Of a DNA stretch of 64,000 nt, positions 53,760 through 64,000 are shown piece after piece. The notes below the pieces were generated by a model, which was given only the letters and a program-made list of their open reading frames with translations, did not search any database and was not told the DNA's origin. Made by a program: the position numbers and the translations under genes. This DNA is from a virus (Duplodnaviria > Caudoviricetes), in IMG/VR virus record IMGVR_UViG_3300031998_000074, positions 2,403 through 66,402 of that record; one strand, given 5' to 3'. How positions within the stretch are numbered: position 1 is the stretch's first letter; each line of letters begins with the position of its first letter.

Positions 53760-55907
53760 TTAATTACTATGCGCAAAACTTACTACTATACCTGCATTAT
53801 TTCCTTTCTTACTGGATGCTCCCCAATCTGTACCACCCACACAGGTGAGTGAATCTACCCGGTAATGTGTTCCTGAGCTGCCTTGTGTAAAGTCTGAGGC
53901 AACGTATCCATTCCCACCTTTAGCAGATAGATCACCTCCGCTTGCTGAAGACGTTCCTGATCCGCCATGTCCACCATACGGAGTTCCAGAGGTATGAGAG
54001 CTACTGCTACCCGATGATCCATCATAGTTAAGTCCGGACCCACCCCAGGTACCAGCACCTCCTCCGTAACCCCCGCCACCACCAGCAAAACTGTACCAAT
54101 TTTGGTTACCGCTGCTAGTGTAAGATCCTGTTCTAACAGACCCGGCCCCGCCTCCTCCGGCTACAAGTTTAAGAGAGTTATCTATATATAAAGCTAAACC
54201 GGTGTGGCCACATGTGCCTGTATATGTACGAGAGTCCGCGGTTCTTGATGGCGCATTAGCACCAATACGTTGTATTTTTACAACAGCACCTGCATATAAA
54301 TATACTGTACAAGTTGCTGTACCACCACGACCGCTACCTGCATATTTACTAGACGCAGCACCTGATGGTGAAATACTACTAGTGCTATCAGATCCCGCGG
54401 CTTTCAATGTAATAGCATAATTACCAGCTGTAACATCTGATATAGTAGTTGTGAACAATGTGTACACATTTGACGTACTATCTGTACCGGAGACACTGTA
54501 CGACGGGTAATCAATTGCCATAGTTCCGGTAACGGTTGTTGTAGTGCTTACTGTTCCGGTACTTGTAAAAGATTTGTACCCGGACTTAGTTGCATTAATC
54601 GTATAATTAAAGTTAACACCTTCTTCCAACAAAGCTACTGAGCCGTTAGTCCCATTTATATTTACGGTATCCGGAACCGGGCTAATTTCAGCTGTTAATC
54701 TGCCTGCCGTGATCACTGTATCAGCGCTTATTACTTTAGATCCAGTATAGCTTATTACTCCAGTATCCGTGGCGGTATAACTAATTGTCGTGCCGTCCAC
54801 AATGTATATTGCATCAGTACCGGACCCGTTAATATCAAAAGTTGCATTTTGTCCTGTAACCGCATAAACAGGAATTGTTAAATCTATTAAAGCTGTACCA
54901 CTTCCAGTAGTACCTGTGTATCCATTACGAGATACTGTCCAGAGATATTCTATTCCAACAGGTAATTTTGTTGTTGCGGAACCCACTCCTGTAAAAGTTG
55001 AGCCCAACGAGGTAATAGTAACCACTGCGTCATTAGCAGTAACCGCTATAGCCTTATAATCAACATATATACTGTCGGTGACATTTGTACTTCCGATCTG
55101 TGTATATACCGGAGAACCTAACAACGTAATAGAGTAAGAATATTCAAACGTTGTTCCACTAACAAAGAACACCCCTGAGGTTGTCTGGTTATTGATTTGT
55201 ATAACAGCATCGTTTTCAGAGCATGTTACAGATAGCCCATTTAATTGGATATTTGTTGTATCCAGGGCTGTCCCAATAGCCGTGAAAGTACTAAACCCAG
55301 GCTTACTCATAGAATACGTATATGTAAATGGGGTTCCCTTGTTAAAGAAGACGGAGTTCGTCTCTGCACCGTTAATTACAATGGTTGTATCCGGAATATC
55401 AGTATTAATTTGGAAAGAGCCTATATCTACGGTTGTATCAGAGGAAGCTTGCCCGGACCTGGTCAACGTTGTATACCCCTCCTTAGACACGGAGTATACA
55501 TAAGAAATTGGAGCTGAATTGTCAAAAAGTAGGCCGGATGTACCGGTAATCATTTCTCCGTGGGTTTCTGATGTAAGGAGTGTAGACGTTTCTGCCGGAG
55601 CATTTAATGTAACGGAATTAATAGTTATAGTTAAGTTCTGATTTAAAATCCCGGACCCGGACATTGTATTGTACCCCGGCTTAGAAACAGACCAGGAATA
55701 TTCAGTACCAGGCTCAAGTGAAAGTGATCTGGTCTGGACACCGTTTATTATAATAGTTGCATCTGTAAGAGCACAATTTACCTTAATTGTACGAAGCCCG
55801 GCCCCTGATAGCTTAAATACGTATAAGCCATCATGGTCGTAAAACTTACGTCTAATCCTGTACAAGCGATTATTTAACTTAAGGTATGATGCAACTCTGC
55901 GTTTCAT
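53760..55907 (-). CDS. repeat-rich (PEGA/Ig-like) receptor-binding protein with a Gly-rich C-terminus
   Basis: repeated YSxSKxGY / I-ING units and GGGG tracts. Confidence 0.6.
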   Translation of the reverse strand: MKRRVASYLKLNNRLYRIRRKFYDHDGLYVFKLSGAGLRTIKVNCALTDATIIINGVQTRSLSLEPGTEYSWSVSKPGYNTMSGSGILNQNLTITINSVTLNAPAETSTLLTSETHGEMITGTSGLLFDNSAPISYVYSVSKEGYTTLTRSGQASSDTTVDIGSFQINTDIPDTTIVINGAETNSVFFNKGTPFTYTYSMSKPGFSTFTAIGTALDTTNIQLNGLSVTCSENDAVIQINNQTTSGVFFVSGTTFEYSYSITLLGSPVYTQIGSTNVTDSIYVDYKAIAVTANDAVVTITSLGSTFTGVGSATTKLPVGIEYLWTVSRNGYTGTTGSGTALIDLTIPVYAVTGQNATFDINGSGTDAIYIVDGTTISYTATDTGVISYTGSKVISADTVITAGRLTAEISPVPDTVNINGTNGSVALLEEGVNFNYTINATKSGYKSFTSTGTVSTTTTVTGTMAIDYPSYSVSGTDSTSNVYTLFTTTISDVTAGNYAITLKAAGSDSTSSISPSGAASSKYAGSGRGGTATCTVYLYAGAVVKIQRIGANAPSRTADSRTYTGTCGHTGLALYIDNSLKLVAGGGGAGSVRTGSYTSSGNQNWYSFAGGGGGYGGGAGTWGGSGLNYDGSSGSSSSHTSGTPYGGHGGSGTSSASGGDLSAKGGNGYVASDFTQGSSGTHYRVDSLTCVGGTDWGASSKKGNNAGIVVSFAHSN

Positions 55908-56188
55908 TATAATTGTTTTCTAAGTTCTTCTATTTGTGCTTCTACTTCTGCAATTTTATTTAATGCAAATTCGTCACCTTGAATAGCTGCACGGATATTA
56001 CGTGCTGTAATAGTGCTTTCCAAAGCAACAATTTGGTCCTGAATCGTAGGAACATACGGTGCATTTTCAACTACTTCATAGTATGTACCTTTGTCTTCAA
56101 GATGTGCATTATTTTGATTGCACCACACGGCTGTGTCCGCGTATTGTTTACTTGTATACTGACCTTTATATAATCTGGTTCCTATCAT
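55907..56188 (-). CDS. tail-fibre assembly/chaperone-like protein
   Basis: YADTAVWCN...IEDKG-type motif; start moved to the ATG after GGAG. Confidence 0.55.
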   Translation of the reverse strand: MIGTRLYKGQYTSKQYADTAVWCNQNNAHLEDKGTYYEVVENAPYVPTIQDQIVALESTITARNIRAAIQGDEFALNKIAEVEAQIEELRKQL

Positions 56189-56198
56189 AACATCTCCT

Positions 56199-56375
56199 TT
56201 ATTTATCTTCCTTTGGTAATTGCGGTACATATCCTTTTATATACCAGGCACCATCTTGTGCCTGTTCCACATCCATTTCGGTCATCCCGATGGATTTGTA
56301 ATATTCCGTATTTGTGCCTACACCTACTGCACAAAGTTTTGTTTCTTCATCCAATATTTGCGCATATTTTATCAT
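56199..56375 (-). CDS. 58-aa tail-fibre-associated protein (not in the ORF track)
   Basis: MIKYAQILDEETKLCAVGVGTNTEYYKSIGMTEMDVEQAQDGAWYIKGYVPQLPKEDK; fills the gap with RBS and overlap. Confidence 0.7.
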   Translation of the reverse strand: MIKYAQILDEETKLCAVGVGTNTEYYKSIGMTEMDVEQAQDGAWYIKGYVPQLPKEDK

Positions 56376-57184
56376 AAAGTCACCTCAGGAAAAAAAGTAA
56401 AATAAAATCTTTCACCACCCGATGTTGATCCCCTAGATAAGATATCTCCTTGAGAAACAGGGAGAAACATTGCTGCTTCTCCAGCACTCCATACTAAGGC
56501 AACTTTTACACCATTTATTCTTACTGGAACACCATCTGAATTGCCATGCGCATTCATACTTAAATAACCTTTACTAGGGCAGGTATATGTTCCTGTCTGT
56601 CCATTAAGTCCTGAGCCATTTAGTGTACCCTCAATTCCAGCACTATAATCCGGTCTTCCTAACATATTTACTACCTCACTTTCTAAAGTTGTAATTCTTT
56701 GTAAAACTTCATTTGATACTGTCCCAGACGTGGGAGTATTTTCATTAGAAGGTTCAATGCTTATTGCAGTGGAACCACTAATAGTTGTACCTGAAATATA
56801 GCCGCAAGCGTACCACCAGAGGCTACCACCTTGCGCACTAGTTCCGGTTAACCCTGTTGTTGTTTTACTATTTGGACAGATTTGTCTGTATTGTGTAGTA
56901 TAAGTGGACGTTTCAACACTTTGAGCAACAACTGTATAATTATTGTCAATAAATGGCTGTAAATAAGTAACGGTACCACCTGTGGCAACAAAACCGCCCT
57001 GTTCACACCATTGTCGTGTTGTACCGTCGGACTGAATCTCAGCAAATACTTTACACCATTCGGTCCCGTCTATGTAGCTTGCAACTAACTTACGTAACCC
57101 GGAAGTTGTAGACCTGTTATTTAAGTCCCGGTCCATTTTGTTATTTAATGCTTCCCCTATTTGGTCAACGTCAATATCTGGCAT
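56372..57184 (-). CDS. short tail-fibre protein
   Basis: NGTEW...EQGG domain shared with the C-terminus of 57193..59799. Confidence 0.65.
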   Translation of the reverse strand: MPDIDVDQIGEALNNKMDRDLNNRSTTSGLRKLVASYIDGTEWCKVFAEIQSDGTTRQWCEQGGFVATGGTVTYLQPFIDNNYTVVAQSVETSTYTTQYRQICPNSKTTTGLTGTSAQGGSLWWYACGYISGTTISGSTAISIEPSNENTPTSGTVSNEVLQRITTLESEVVNMLGRPDYSAGIEGTLNGSGLNGQTGTYTCPSKGYLSMNAHGNSDGVPVRINGVKVALVWSAGEAAMFLPVSQGDILSRGSTSGGERFYFTFFPEVTL

Positions 57185-57192
57185 AAATTCTC

Positions 57193-59799
57193 CTATATTC
57201 CTCTAGCAACCCAACATGCTTGTACATCATGTAAAGCGCCGTCGTTGTTATCACTTCCTAACATCCGGCATCCGAGGGTTGTATATGAATCTACAGAAAC
57301 TATATCGGCAGACTTATATGTTGGATCAACAATTGTGCCTGAATTTCGTGTTGCTGTACAATTGTATTGTGTATTTGAAAAACTACGTAAAAATGTTATA
57401 GTTGCGTAGCCATTAACTAACGTTACAACTCCACCTTGTTCAAGCCAAACGCGCTGTGTTTTATTAGCATCACTAAAATACTCTCTATACCATTCAGTGC
57501 CATTTACGTAAGTTGTTACATATAAACCATTTGTGCTGAATAAAGTTGTATCTGCCTTGGCTGCAAGGTCTGTCATAACCTGATCTACATCAACTACATA
57601 GTCAGGTTTAACACTAGAGGCAACAACTATATAATAGTAGCCCTTGATTGTTTGTGGCTGTACTGTTGTTGAATTTCCGTATATTGCATTGGAGACTGAA
57701 GCTAGTGTTGATTGTAAAGTTACCAAGTTGGATCCGGTTTCTTCATAAAACAAGCTTGAATTTCCACCGTCATAATGCCCGTATGCGGATACAGAGTGGT
57801 CATGATCCGGTAACCCGGCTTCAACTAAATCACCAAGTGCTGTTACAGTTAAAGTACCTTCGACAATACCAGTTACTTTGGGTAGCCTGACTGTATTATT
57901 AGTTGCATCATATACAAATTTACCACATACACCATAAGTTGTCACAGATTGTTGCCAGTTTTCTTCTGTTGTAAAGCAGTCTGGGTAATCAATACTTAGT
58001 CCTTGTATATAAGTTGCAAAGGCCGCGTAAGACCCATTCCCGTCTAGTAATGCACCATCAAGCAAATGCAAACATGCATCTGTTTGCGGAAGTAAACTAA
58101 AAATAGTTTCACCTATATTGCGTGAATAATTAGGTTTCCAATCCGCACGTTCCCCATCTGTAACAAGTATTTCACCTGCATGCCCGGCCTGGTTAGGTAG
58201 CCCGGCCTGCGTGAGTCCGGTTCCACCAACGTAAAAATATAAGTACATTTCCGTGGCTGGAGGTTGTACTGTATTTGCGTTGTCTTTAAATATAGGGTTG
58301 AAATCACTTAACTTCGTGTATGTACTTTCTAAATTGTTACTACCACTAGCAATAGATCCGTCTACTGACCCACTTTCATTACTTAATTGAATACGGCCAT
58401 TTGGTAATCCAGGTTCAACGTAATTGCCCGGACCGGTACGGAGCCCGGTAAATCCAAATTTGGTTCTAGGCAGTTTAAATAGTTTGTTTTCTGTATCTAA
58501 AATATAGTACCAGGCTACGCCGGTTTCATTGTATAGTGTTGCTATCTCATCCTGTAATTCTGGTGTAGATATCTTAAATCCCTTTGGCGTTGTGCGTATA
58601 TCTATTAAATATTTAGATGAATAATAGTATCCATTTGTTGCACTTGCTATTACATATGGTAAAACTAAAAAACGACCAGCCGCAAATAAAACTGAACCTG
58701 CCCACAGCGATGGAACACTATCTTTTATAATATTCCAAGTAGCACCGTCTGTAGAAGCATAAAACCTTGTACCATTTGTGGACATAATATCAGACGAGGC
58801 CGTAACATATGTACCATTACTATATGCTATACCCATTGGGACAGATCCTAAGGATGCAGAGTGCTCTATCCACGTTGCACCATCATCAGAAATCCAGGAT
58901 CCTTGTGCATGTACCGCTACAAATTTGTTGTCACCAAATGTCACAGCATACACAGATTTGTTAGCTGATGGAACTGTGCTACTTAACCAGGTTATACCAT
59001 CGTCTGAATAAGCACATACGTAAGATCCACCTCCAGCAGCAACGAACCTATTATTACCGTAAGCAACGCTCCACCATTGTGCGGATGTTGGAAGTGTGGT
59101 AGCTGTCCAGTTTATACCATCGGTAGAATATGCGGCTTTGTTGCTTCCATAAGCAACAGCTACAAATTTACCATTTCCATAAGTAATACCTGTCCATCCC
59201 GCAGAACTTGGTAATGTTGTAGCCGTCCAGTTTCTACCATCAGATGAGTAGGCCGCAACATCCGATGATGATTGAGAACTGCCTGCAATAGCAACAAACA
59301 TATTGTTACCAAAAGCAACCCCAGACCATGGGGCAGAGGCTGGCATCGTCATTGTAGCCCAGTGCACACCATCTTGAGATATGGCCCCTGTTGTAGTTGC
59401 TGGAGTATTTGTGCCATAGCATACCAATACAATGGTACCATTTCCATATGCACCATTCCAGGTTCCTAGATCGGTTACAACAGGTAAATCTGTCGAATAT
59501 GTCCAATTATTGACAGTACCAATTGCTTCTCCAGGTGTTCCGTGGTCCCATTCGTCTTTTAATAAATTGTATACACCTTTATAAACATCACCACTCTGCC
59601 AGCTAAAGGTATCTGCTCTCAACCAGCAAATATCTTCTGCTATATGGTCCATCCACATAGGAGTTAACAAAGGTATACTTAAATTATCAGTTACCTCAAC
59701 TGCATATAACTCTGCGTTACTAGGGTCAATAGTATCATAAATTTCTTCAGACATGAAGTTTATTTTTACTGCTGGTATTTCTGTTGTTCTCTTTATCAT
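57193..59799 (-). CDS. tail-fibre protein with beta-propeller-like repeats and a collar-like domain
   Basis: repeated W-x-VAYGNGxFVA...SxDG-x-W units; RLPKVTG/EAGLP collar motifs. Confidence 0.75.
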   Translation of the reverse strand: MIKRTTEIPAVKINFMSEEIYDTIDPSNAELYAVEVTDNLSIPLLTPMWMDHIAEDICWLRADTFSWQSGDVYKGVYNLLKDEWDHGTPGEAIGTVNNWTYSTDLPVVTDLGTWNGAYGNGTIVLVCYGTNTPATTTGAISQDGVHWATMTMPASAPWSGVAFGNNMFVAIAGSSQSSSDVAAYSSDGRNWTATTLPSSAGWTGITYGNGKFVAVAYGSNKAAYSTDGINWTATTLPTSAQWWSVAYGNNRFVAAGGGSYVCAYSDDGITWLSSTVPSANKSVYAVTFGDNKFVAVHAQGSWISDDGATWIEHSASLGSVPMGIAYSNGTYVTASSDIMSTNGTRFYASTDGATWNIIKDSVPSLWAGSVLFAAGRFLVLPYVIASATNGYYYSSKYLIDIRTTPKGFKISTPELQDEIATLYNETGVAWYYILDTENKLFKLPRTKFGFTGLRTGPGNYVEPGLPNGRIQLSNESGSVDGSIASGSNNLESTYTKLSDFNPIFKDNANTVQPPATEMYLYFYVGGTGLTQAGLPNQAGHAGEILVTDGERADWKPNYSRNIGETIFSLLPQTDACLHLLDGALLDGNGSYAAFATYIQGLSIDYPDCFTTEENWQQSVTTYGVCGKFVYDATNNTVRLPKVTGIVEGTLTVTALGDLVEAGLPDHDHSVSAYGHYDGGNSSLFYEETGSNLVTLQSTLASVSNAIYGNSTTVQPQTIKGYYYIVVASSVKPDYVVDVDQVMTDLAAKADTTLFSTNGLYVTTYVNGTEWYREYFSDANKTQRVWLEQGGVVTLVNGYATITFLRSFSNTQYNCTATRNSGTIVDPTYKSADIVSVDSYTTLGCRMLGSDNNDGALHDVQACWVARGI

Positions 59800-60494
59800 G
59801 ACACAATCCTATCAAATGCAATTAAAACTTTTCCGCTAAATCTGCAGTCCGGGTTAAACGGTACATACGCATATGCACCAGTGATAGCCCCTCCAGAGTA
59901 TATTAATTTTACGGAATCGACCTCTACCTCTTCATTTGTACTACCTGAATAAAATGTGGTTGAGATGTTGTAGACCGGAATATTAACCGGAAGTCTTAAT
60001 CGGTATTCATTGCTTTCGGCTACATATTCCCAAGAATAATTTGTAAAAGAATATAAAATTGTATTACCTGCATATAAAGCAGTTGCCACCCAGCAGCCCG
60101 GGCTTTGTACCATAGGGTCATTATTACCTGTGTACTTAAATTCACCATTAGACGTTTCAGCTGCATTAAGACAATTTTTATCTGAGTAAAGTTGGACACC
60201 TGTTGGTACAGTATCTCCGGTTGTACCAGCAAATTTTGAATAGCGAGTGCGTAAATTACCTTCACTTGCTGTATCTTCATCGTTTACTTCATAGTAAAAA
60301 ACAGGAACAACAATATCAGGTAGTTGCTCTGGGAAAAGATCATGTATGTCCGGGAACTTACGATACTCGTACAAGATACCGGACTCATAGCATAAAGCAG
60401 TAGATCCTGCAAACGCGGTCTTTATACGCTTCAGATCTTCAATGGTATCAACAATATGATACCTTACATCTATCTGTGATTGTTGTGTCCTCAT
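59796..60494 (-). CDS. hypothetical structural protein
   Basis: position in the tail module. Confidence 0.5.
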   Translation of the reverse strand: MRTQQSQIDVRYHIVDTIEDLKRIKTAFAGSTALCYESGILYEYRKFPDIHDLFPEQLPDIVVPVFYYEVNDEDTASEGNLRTRYSKFAGTTGDTVPTGVQLYSDKNCLNAAETSNGEFKYTGNNDPMVQSPGCWVATALYAGNTILYSFTNYSWEYVAESNEYRLRLPVNIPVYNISTTFYSGSTNEEVEVDSVKLIYSGGAITGAYAYVPFNPDCRFSGKVLIAFDRIVS

Positions 60495-60991
60495 GCTAAT
60501 ATCCTTTCAATACGTATAATATCCCCAACCTGTAACGGAGATAAAATTCTAATATAATTGGTCTCAACAAAGGTTACATCCATACTACCCGGTTCTTTGT
60601 TTAGTACCACGCCGTTCTTTAAAATTGATACGCCGCTAAGTGCATACATAGAAGCTGTTACATCAAACGGTTCAAGGGCACCGCCATAAACAACTTTACC
60701 GTCTTCAACTCTACCGGTTGGTGTCTCTTTATATAGCTTCGGGGTTTGATCCAAGAACAATAACGGGGTAAGGTTATCGTCAGACGGATTTTCCTTAACT
60801 ACATAGTACATTACAACCATAGTATCAATTTCAGTTACATCTTGTACGATTGCACTTGCTCCGGATACTAATGATTCCCATTGAGATACTTGTTCGTTCT
60901 CATATTCACTTAACACAAACTGAAAGGTTTGTGTGTTCTTTTCTTCATTTCTATAGGTTGTTAACCTTAATGGTGACATTATATTTGCCAT
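60491..60991 (-). CDS. hypothetical structural protein
   Basis: position in the tail module. Confidence 0.5.
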   Translation of the reverse strand: MANIMSPLRLTTYRNEEKNTQTFQFVLSEYENEQVSQWESLVSGASAIVQDVTEIDTMVVMYYVVKENPSDDNLTPLLFLDQTPKLYKETPTGRVEDGKVVYGGALEPFDVTASMYALSGVSILKNGVVLNKEPGSMDVTFVETNYIRILSPLQVGDIIRIERILA

Positions 60992-60994
60992 ATT

Positions 60995-61780
60995 CTACCC
61001 CAAATCAAAATTTATAGCGCAGTCTATTTCAGTTCCTACTGCGTTTTTTACTTTCACATGTATTAATAAAGTGTATGTTCCTGCGCCGTTTTGGCTAGGG
61101 ATTACATCTAGAGATAACCCGCTCATTGATGCAATGCGTTCTTCATCTGTTAAATTGGCAGATTGATTCGTTATTAAATAGTTAACACAATCAACGATCT
61201 GTTTTTGAATAATAATCCTTGTGTCTTCTTTTATTGTTGTACCAACCAATGAGTAAAGTTCTGTACCATATGTTTCATCAAAGGGAGATGTACCCAACGG
61301 TGTCATCAAAGCTTTTAATATACGTTGTTTTATTTTATTAACACCAGTTACTAATACAGCACGCCCTTTATTGTCAATAGTTATATCCTTTATAACAGAG
61401 GTTCCTGTGCAACGAGGACAATCCTTTGGGTTTGCGGTAAAGTCAATAAGGATAACTGGTGGTACAAGATCTTCCATATTTATAGCACCTGGGTGAAACT
61501 CAATCTCAGTTGGGGATACAAAATCATAATCATGAATGCCTATTTGTGCGTTGGCGCCAACAATATTTTTTGTAGAAACAAGTTTTGATTGTATATTGTT
61601 TGAATTATGTTCCCGGATATATTTTTGTTCTGCATCCCAGGCACGAATGTAAGTTAACGCCTTGTTTGGTATAACTTCACACGGCAATTTAGCTCTATAC
61701 GTGTCATTGTGTTTATACAATGTCAATGTATAATTTTGTATTTTATGCGGGCATTTTGAAACAAAGAATATATCGTACAT
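60995..61780 (-). CDS. baseplate wedge protein, gp25-like C-terminal domain
   Basis: KQRILKALMTPLGT-PF--TYG; adjacent to baseplate J. Confidence 0.75.
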   Translation of the reverse strand: MYDIFFVSKCPHKIQNYTLTLYKHNDTYRAKLPCEVIPNKALTYIRAWDAEQKYIREHNSNNIQSKLVSTKNIVGANAQIGIHDYDFVSPTEIEFHPGAINMEDLVPPVILIDFTANPKDCPRCTGTSVIKDITIDNKGRAVLVTGVNKIKQRILKALMTPLGTSPFDETYGTELYSLVGTTIKEDTRIIIQKQIVDCVNYLITNQSANLTDEERIASMSGLSLDVIPSQNGAGTYTLLIHVKVKNAVGTEIDCAINFDLG

Positions 61781-61781
61781 A

Positions 61782-63188
61782 TTAACCTATTAAAATATCG
61801 TTGCCATCAATGCGCAAGTATTCAAGTGGTGCTACCTCAATATCGGCAACGCCATCCTGATCAACTAATGCAAATTTACGCATCGGTAATTTGATGTAAT
61901 CGACCCCAGCCGTATTTTCGACTATATTGATAATATCAGATTGTCGTAACGCCTGTTGTAATTTAAAGTTATTAATAAAGCTTTCAATACCATCTTTACA
62001 AGAGTTGATGACAACATCTTTATTATATCCGGGCAACGTAACAATATCAAAATCCATACCAACATTTAATCTTGTGGTTTCTCTTATTGCCACATCAGAT
62101 GTAATTATACGGACATCATCGTCATCAAAGGCATCCTGTGTCCTTTTAATAAGAGAGTTATATGTGTATGTAATCGTGTAATACGGAGACTCTGTGGTTA
62201 AAATAACGTTATTATATGTATCCGTTGTCCACACTAATTTATCTTTTCCTCTAGGAGATCCTGCATATATAGATGTAGTATCTTTTGCAATAATAAATCC
62301 GTGATTTTCTGTGTAAGTTACCCCGTCTAATACAACAGATACTGTTCCTTTAACAACAGGCTGGTTCTGTAAAATAACAGATTGTGTTGCAGATTCTGTG
62401 CTAACTTCTTGTGTAACACTTGAATGTTCTTCACCCAAAATATAAATATCTACCGTACCCGGACCACGCACTGAAAATTCAGAATTTGGATCTACAACAA
62501 CCGCATCTGTAATAGCTGGATCCGATAGTGCCTTTTGTAAATACGCAGCCTTTGTTCCGTAGACGCGTCCTTGTAAACTTAATCTAACACGATTTATAAG
62601 ACTAACTGTATCTTCTACATCTGCACCGTTTACAATTGCATTTGTGTTATATACTTCAGAAATGCCGGCAGGGGCACTTGAAATAACTGTAATGGACCCA
62701 GAAGGAACATTTCCTGATGTGCCAGGGGTTGTAGCTTGAATACTTACAGTAACCTCATAATACCCGGTTACCGGATTTATAGGGGTACTCTCTGTAATAA
62801 CACCTGAAGTTGTAGTCGTAAAAGCTTGTGAATCAGAACCACCTGTACTTACTGTTAAGCCTACAGGGATTGTGTAGACAGCCCCGGACGTAGGTAGGGT
62901 AGAAGCACAAAATGTTGCTGTACCAAATGCTTGGGTTGCTTCATTTCTGTAAATACCAAAAGACGCGGCTAGTATGTCGGCTTCTTCATCTGTAAAGGAG
63001 TCAGGATCAAACAGATACAGAAGTCTTACACGATCTTCTTCTGAGTATAAAGATGCTAATTCGTTGGCAAAGGATTCAACACCTAAGTCAACAGCCACAT
63101 TACCTGTGGAACTTAAGTCAATTTGCGGGTTAGTATAATTAATCCGCTTTTTTAAATCTTCTATGATTTCAATTGCTGTCTTTTGCAT
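61782..63188 (-). CDS. baseplate J-like protein
   Basis: FGIYRNEATQAFG, IQATTPGTSGNV, GADVED...R. Confidence 0.88.
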   Translation of the reverse strand: MQKTAIEIIEDLKKRINYTNPQIDLSSTGNVAVDLGVESFANELASLYSEEDRVRLLYLFDPDSFTDEEADILAASFGIYRNEATQAFGTATFCASTLPTSGAVYTIPVGLTVSTGGSDSQAFTTTTSGVITESTPINPVTGYYEVTVSIQATTPGTSGNVPSGSITVISSAPAGISEVYNTNAIVNGADVEDTVSLINRVRLSLQGRVYGTKAAYLQKALSDPAITDAVVVDPNSEFSVRGPGTVDIYILGEEHSSVTQEVSTESATQSVILQNQPVVKGTVSVVLDGVTYTENHGFIIAKDTTSIYAGSPRGKDKLVWTTDTYNNVILTTESPYYTITYTYNSLIKRTQDAFDDDDVRIITSDVAIRETTRLNVGMDFDIVTLPGYNKDVVINSCKDGIESFINNFKLQQALRQSDIINIVENTAGVDYIKLPMRKFALVDQDGVADIEVAPLEYLRIDGNDILIG

Positions 63189-63189
63189 A

Positions 63190-63756
63190 TTACATTATTG
63201 TAACCGACAATGTCAGTACGACTCCTTTTATTTGTGTTAAAAGCGTTACACCTGCTTCTGTTAATTTAGTTTCCGCCTCTGCTAAGTCTTTCCGGGCGTT
63301 GTCCAGATCTTCTTTGGCTTTAGTACACTCTTGTAAAGCCTGAGTTACCTGTGCAGCTTCAGCTGAAACATCTGATGCTGTAGAGGCAATCCTAGGATCA
63401 CTGATAACACCCGTATGTTGTGCTGGACCACCAACAGCTGTTATTTGTCCTCCAGGAACACTCATTGCAAAGGTCATTACCTTTTGTGCATATTTATCTA
63501 ACTCTGTGTTATATTCTTTTTGTTTAACTTCTAAGTTGAGCTCAGCCGCGTGTACGTTCCCGTCGCATGTATCATAATTTGTTGCTGCTTCATCGTATGC
63601 TGTTTGTGAATTTTGCAACGTTGTTACAACAGATGTTAGGTCTGGTAATGCAGCCATGACTCTTGGGGCATTTAGTATTGCGGCTATTATCTGGTTCGAG
63701 CTTTGTGTCGCTGAAACATTTATACCGCGTTCTCTAAAATAATCTAGTACGGTCAT
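63190..63756 (-). CDS. coiled-coil structural protein
   Basis: helical heptads, upstream of baseplate J. Confidence 0.5.
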   Translation of the reverse strand: MTVLDYFRERGINVSATQSSNQIIAAILNAPRVMAALPDLTSVVTTLQNSQTAYDEAATNYDTCDGNVHAAELNLEVKQKEYNTELDKYAQKVMTFAMSVPGGQITAVGGPAQHTGVISDPRIASTASDVSAEAAQVTQALQECTKAKEDLDNARKDLAEAETKLTEAGVTLLTQIKGVVLTLSVTIM

Positions 63757-63968
63757 AGGCTCCTCAATGTATTATAATCCGGAGCTTGAGGATTAGCCTC
63801 TATTAACTTCAACATTGTCTGCTCTGTAAACGCCCCTTGTTCCAAAACAGTATCATCCGGATCATATGTTCTGGGACAAATTTTATATTTATCAATCGGT
63901 GTCAAATCATCATATTCTGCCGCTGATACCAATTCAAATTTTGTGGTTTGAGTATCATATTTTACCAA
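63753..63968 (-). CDS. hypothetical protein
   Basis: operonic overlap with the next gene. Confidence 0.5.
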   Translation of the reverse strand: MVKYDTQTTKFELVSAAEYDDLTPIDKYKICPRTYDPDDTVLEQGAFTEQTMLKLIEANPQAPDYNTLRSL

Positions 63969-64000
63969 CGGAAGATTCCCTGTAATATAAAAATAAATGT

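Noticed and set aside
1201-62181. numerous short antisense or overlapping ORFs in the six-frame track
   Set aside because: They are nested in well-supported genes on the other strand or frame and have no motifs.
1-64000. CRISPR array, diversity-generating retroelement, integrase or transposase
   Set aside because: I saw no regularly spaced direct repeats, no reverse transcriptase, no template/variable repeat pair and no recombinase ORF.
1-64000. alternative genetic code (stop-codon reassignment)
   Set aside because: Genes are long and tightly packed under code 11, and TAA, TAG and TGA all serve as stops.

Overview
This window is a segment of a large tailed bacteriophage genome in the standard genetic code, probably a myovirus with a contractile tail (baseplate J and gp25-like wedge genes). 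Bases 1-41.7 kb are + strand genes for DNA metabolism, recombination, transcription and host takeover: ATP-dependent ligase, RuvB, sigma-like factors, primase pieces, GroEL, peptide deformylase, an AAA-M41 protease, bS21, ThyX, an intein-containing SF2 helicase, DnaC-like loader, DnaB, RecA, SbcD, split SbcC, RuvC-like resolvase, UDG-PolA and NusG. Bases 41.7-64 kb are - strand baseplate and tail-fibre genes, and the two arms meet at a bidirectional terminator. The most unusual part is an RNA island at 18.6-22.9 kb. It holds two tRNAs (Asp, Thr) and three long tracts with no credible gene and dense, nested base-pairing potential (about 450, 880 and 340 nt). Two of these tracts start directly after a repeated phage promoter-like motif, AAAATATTGTATACT. 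Other oddities are a strong excess of CCGG, primase and SbcC each split into distant genes, and apparently catalytically dead RNase HII and RNA ligase homologues. All assignments come from motif recognition by eye; no database search or folding computation was run.
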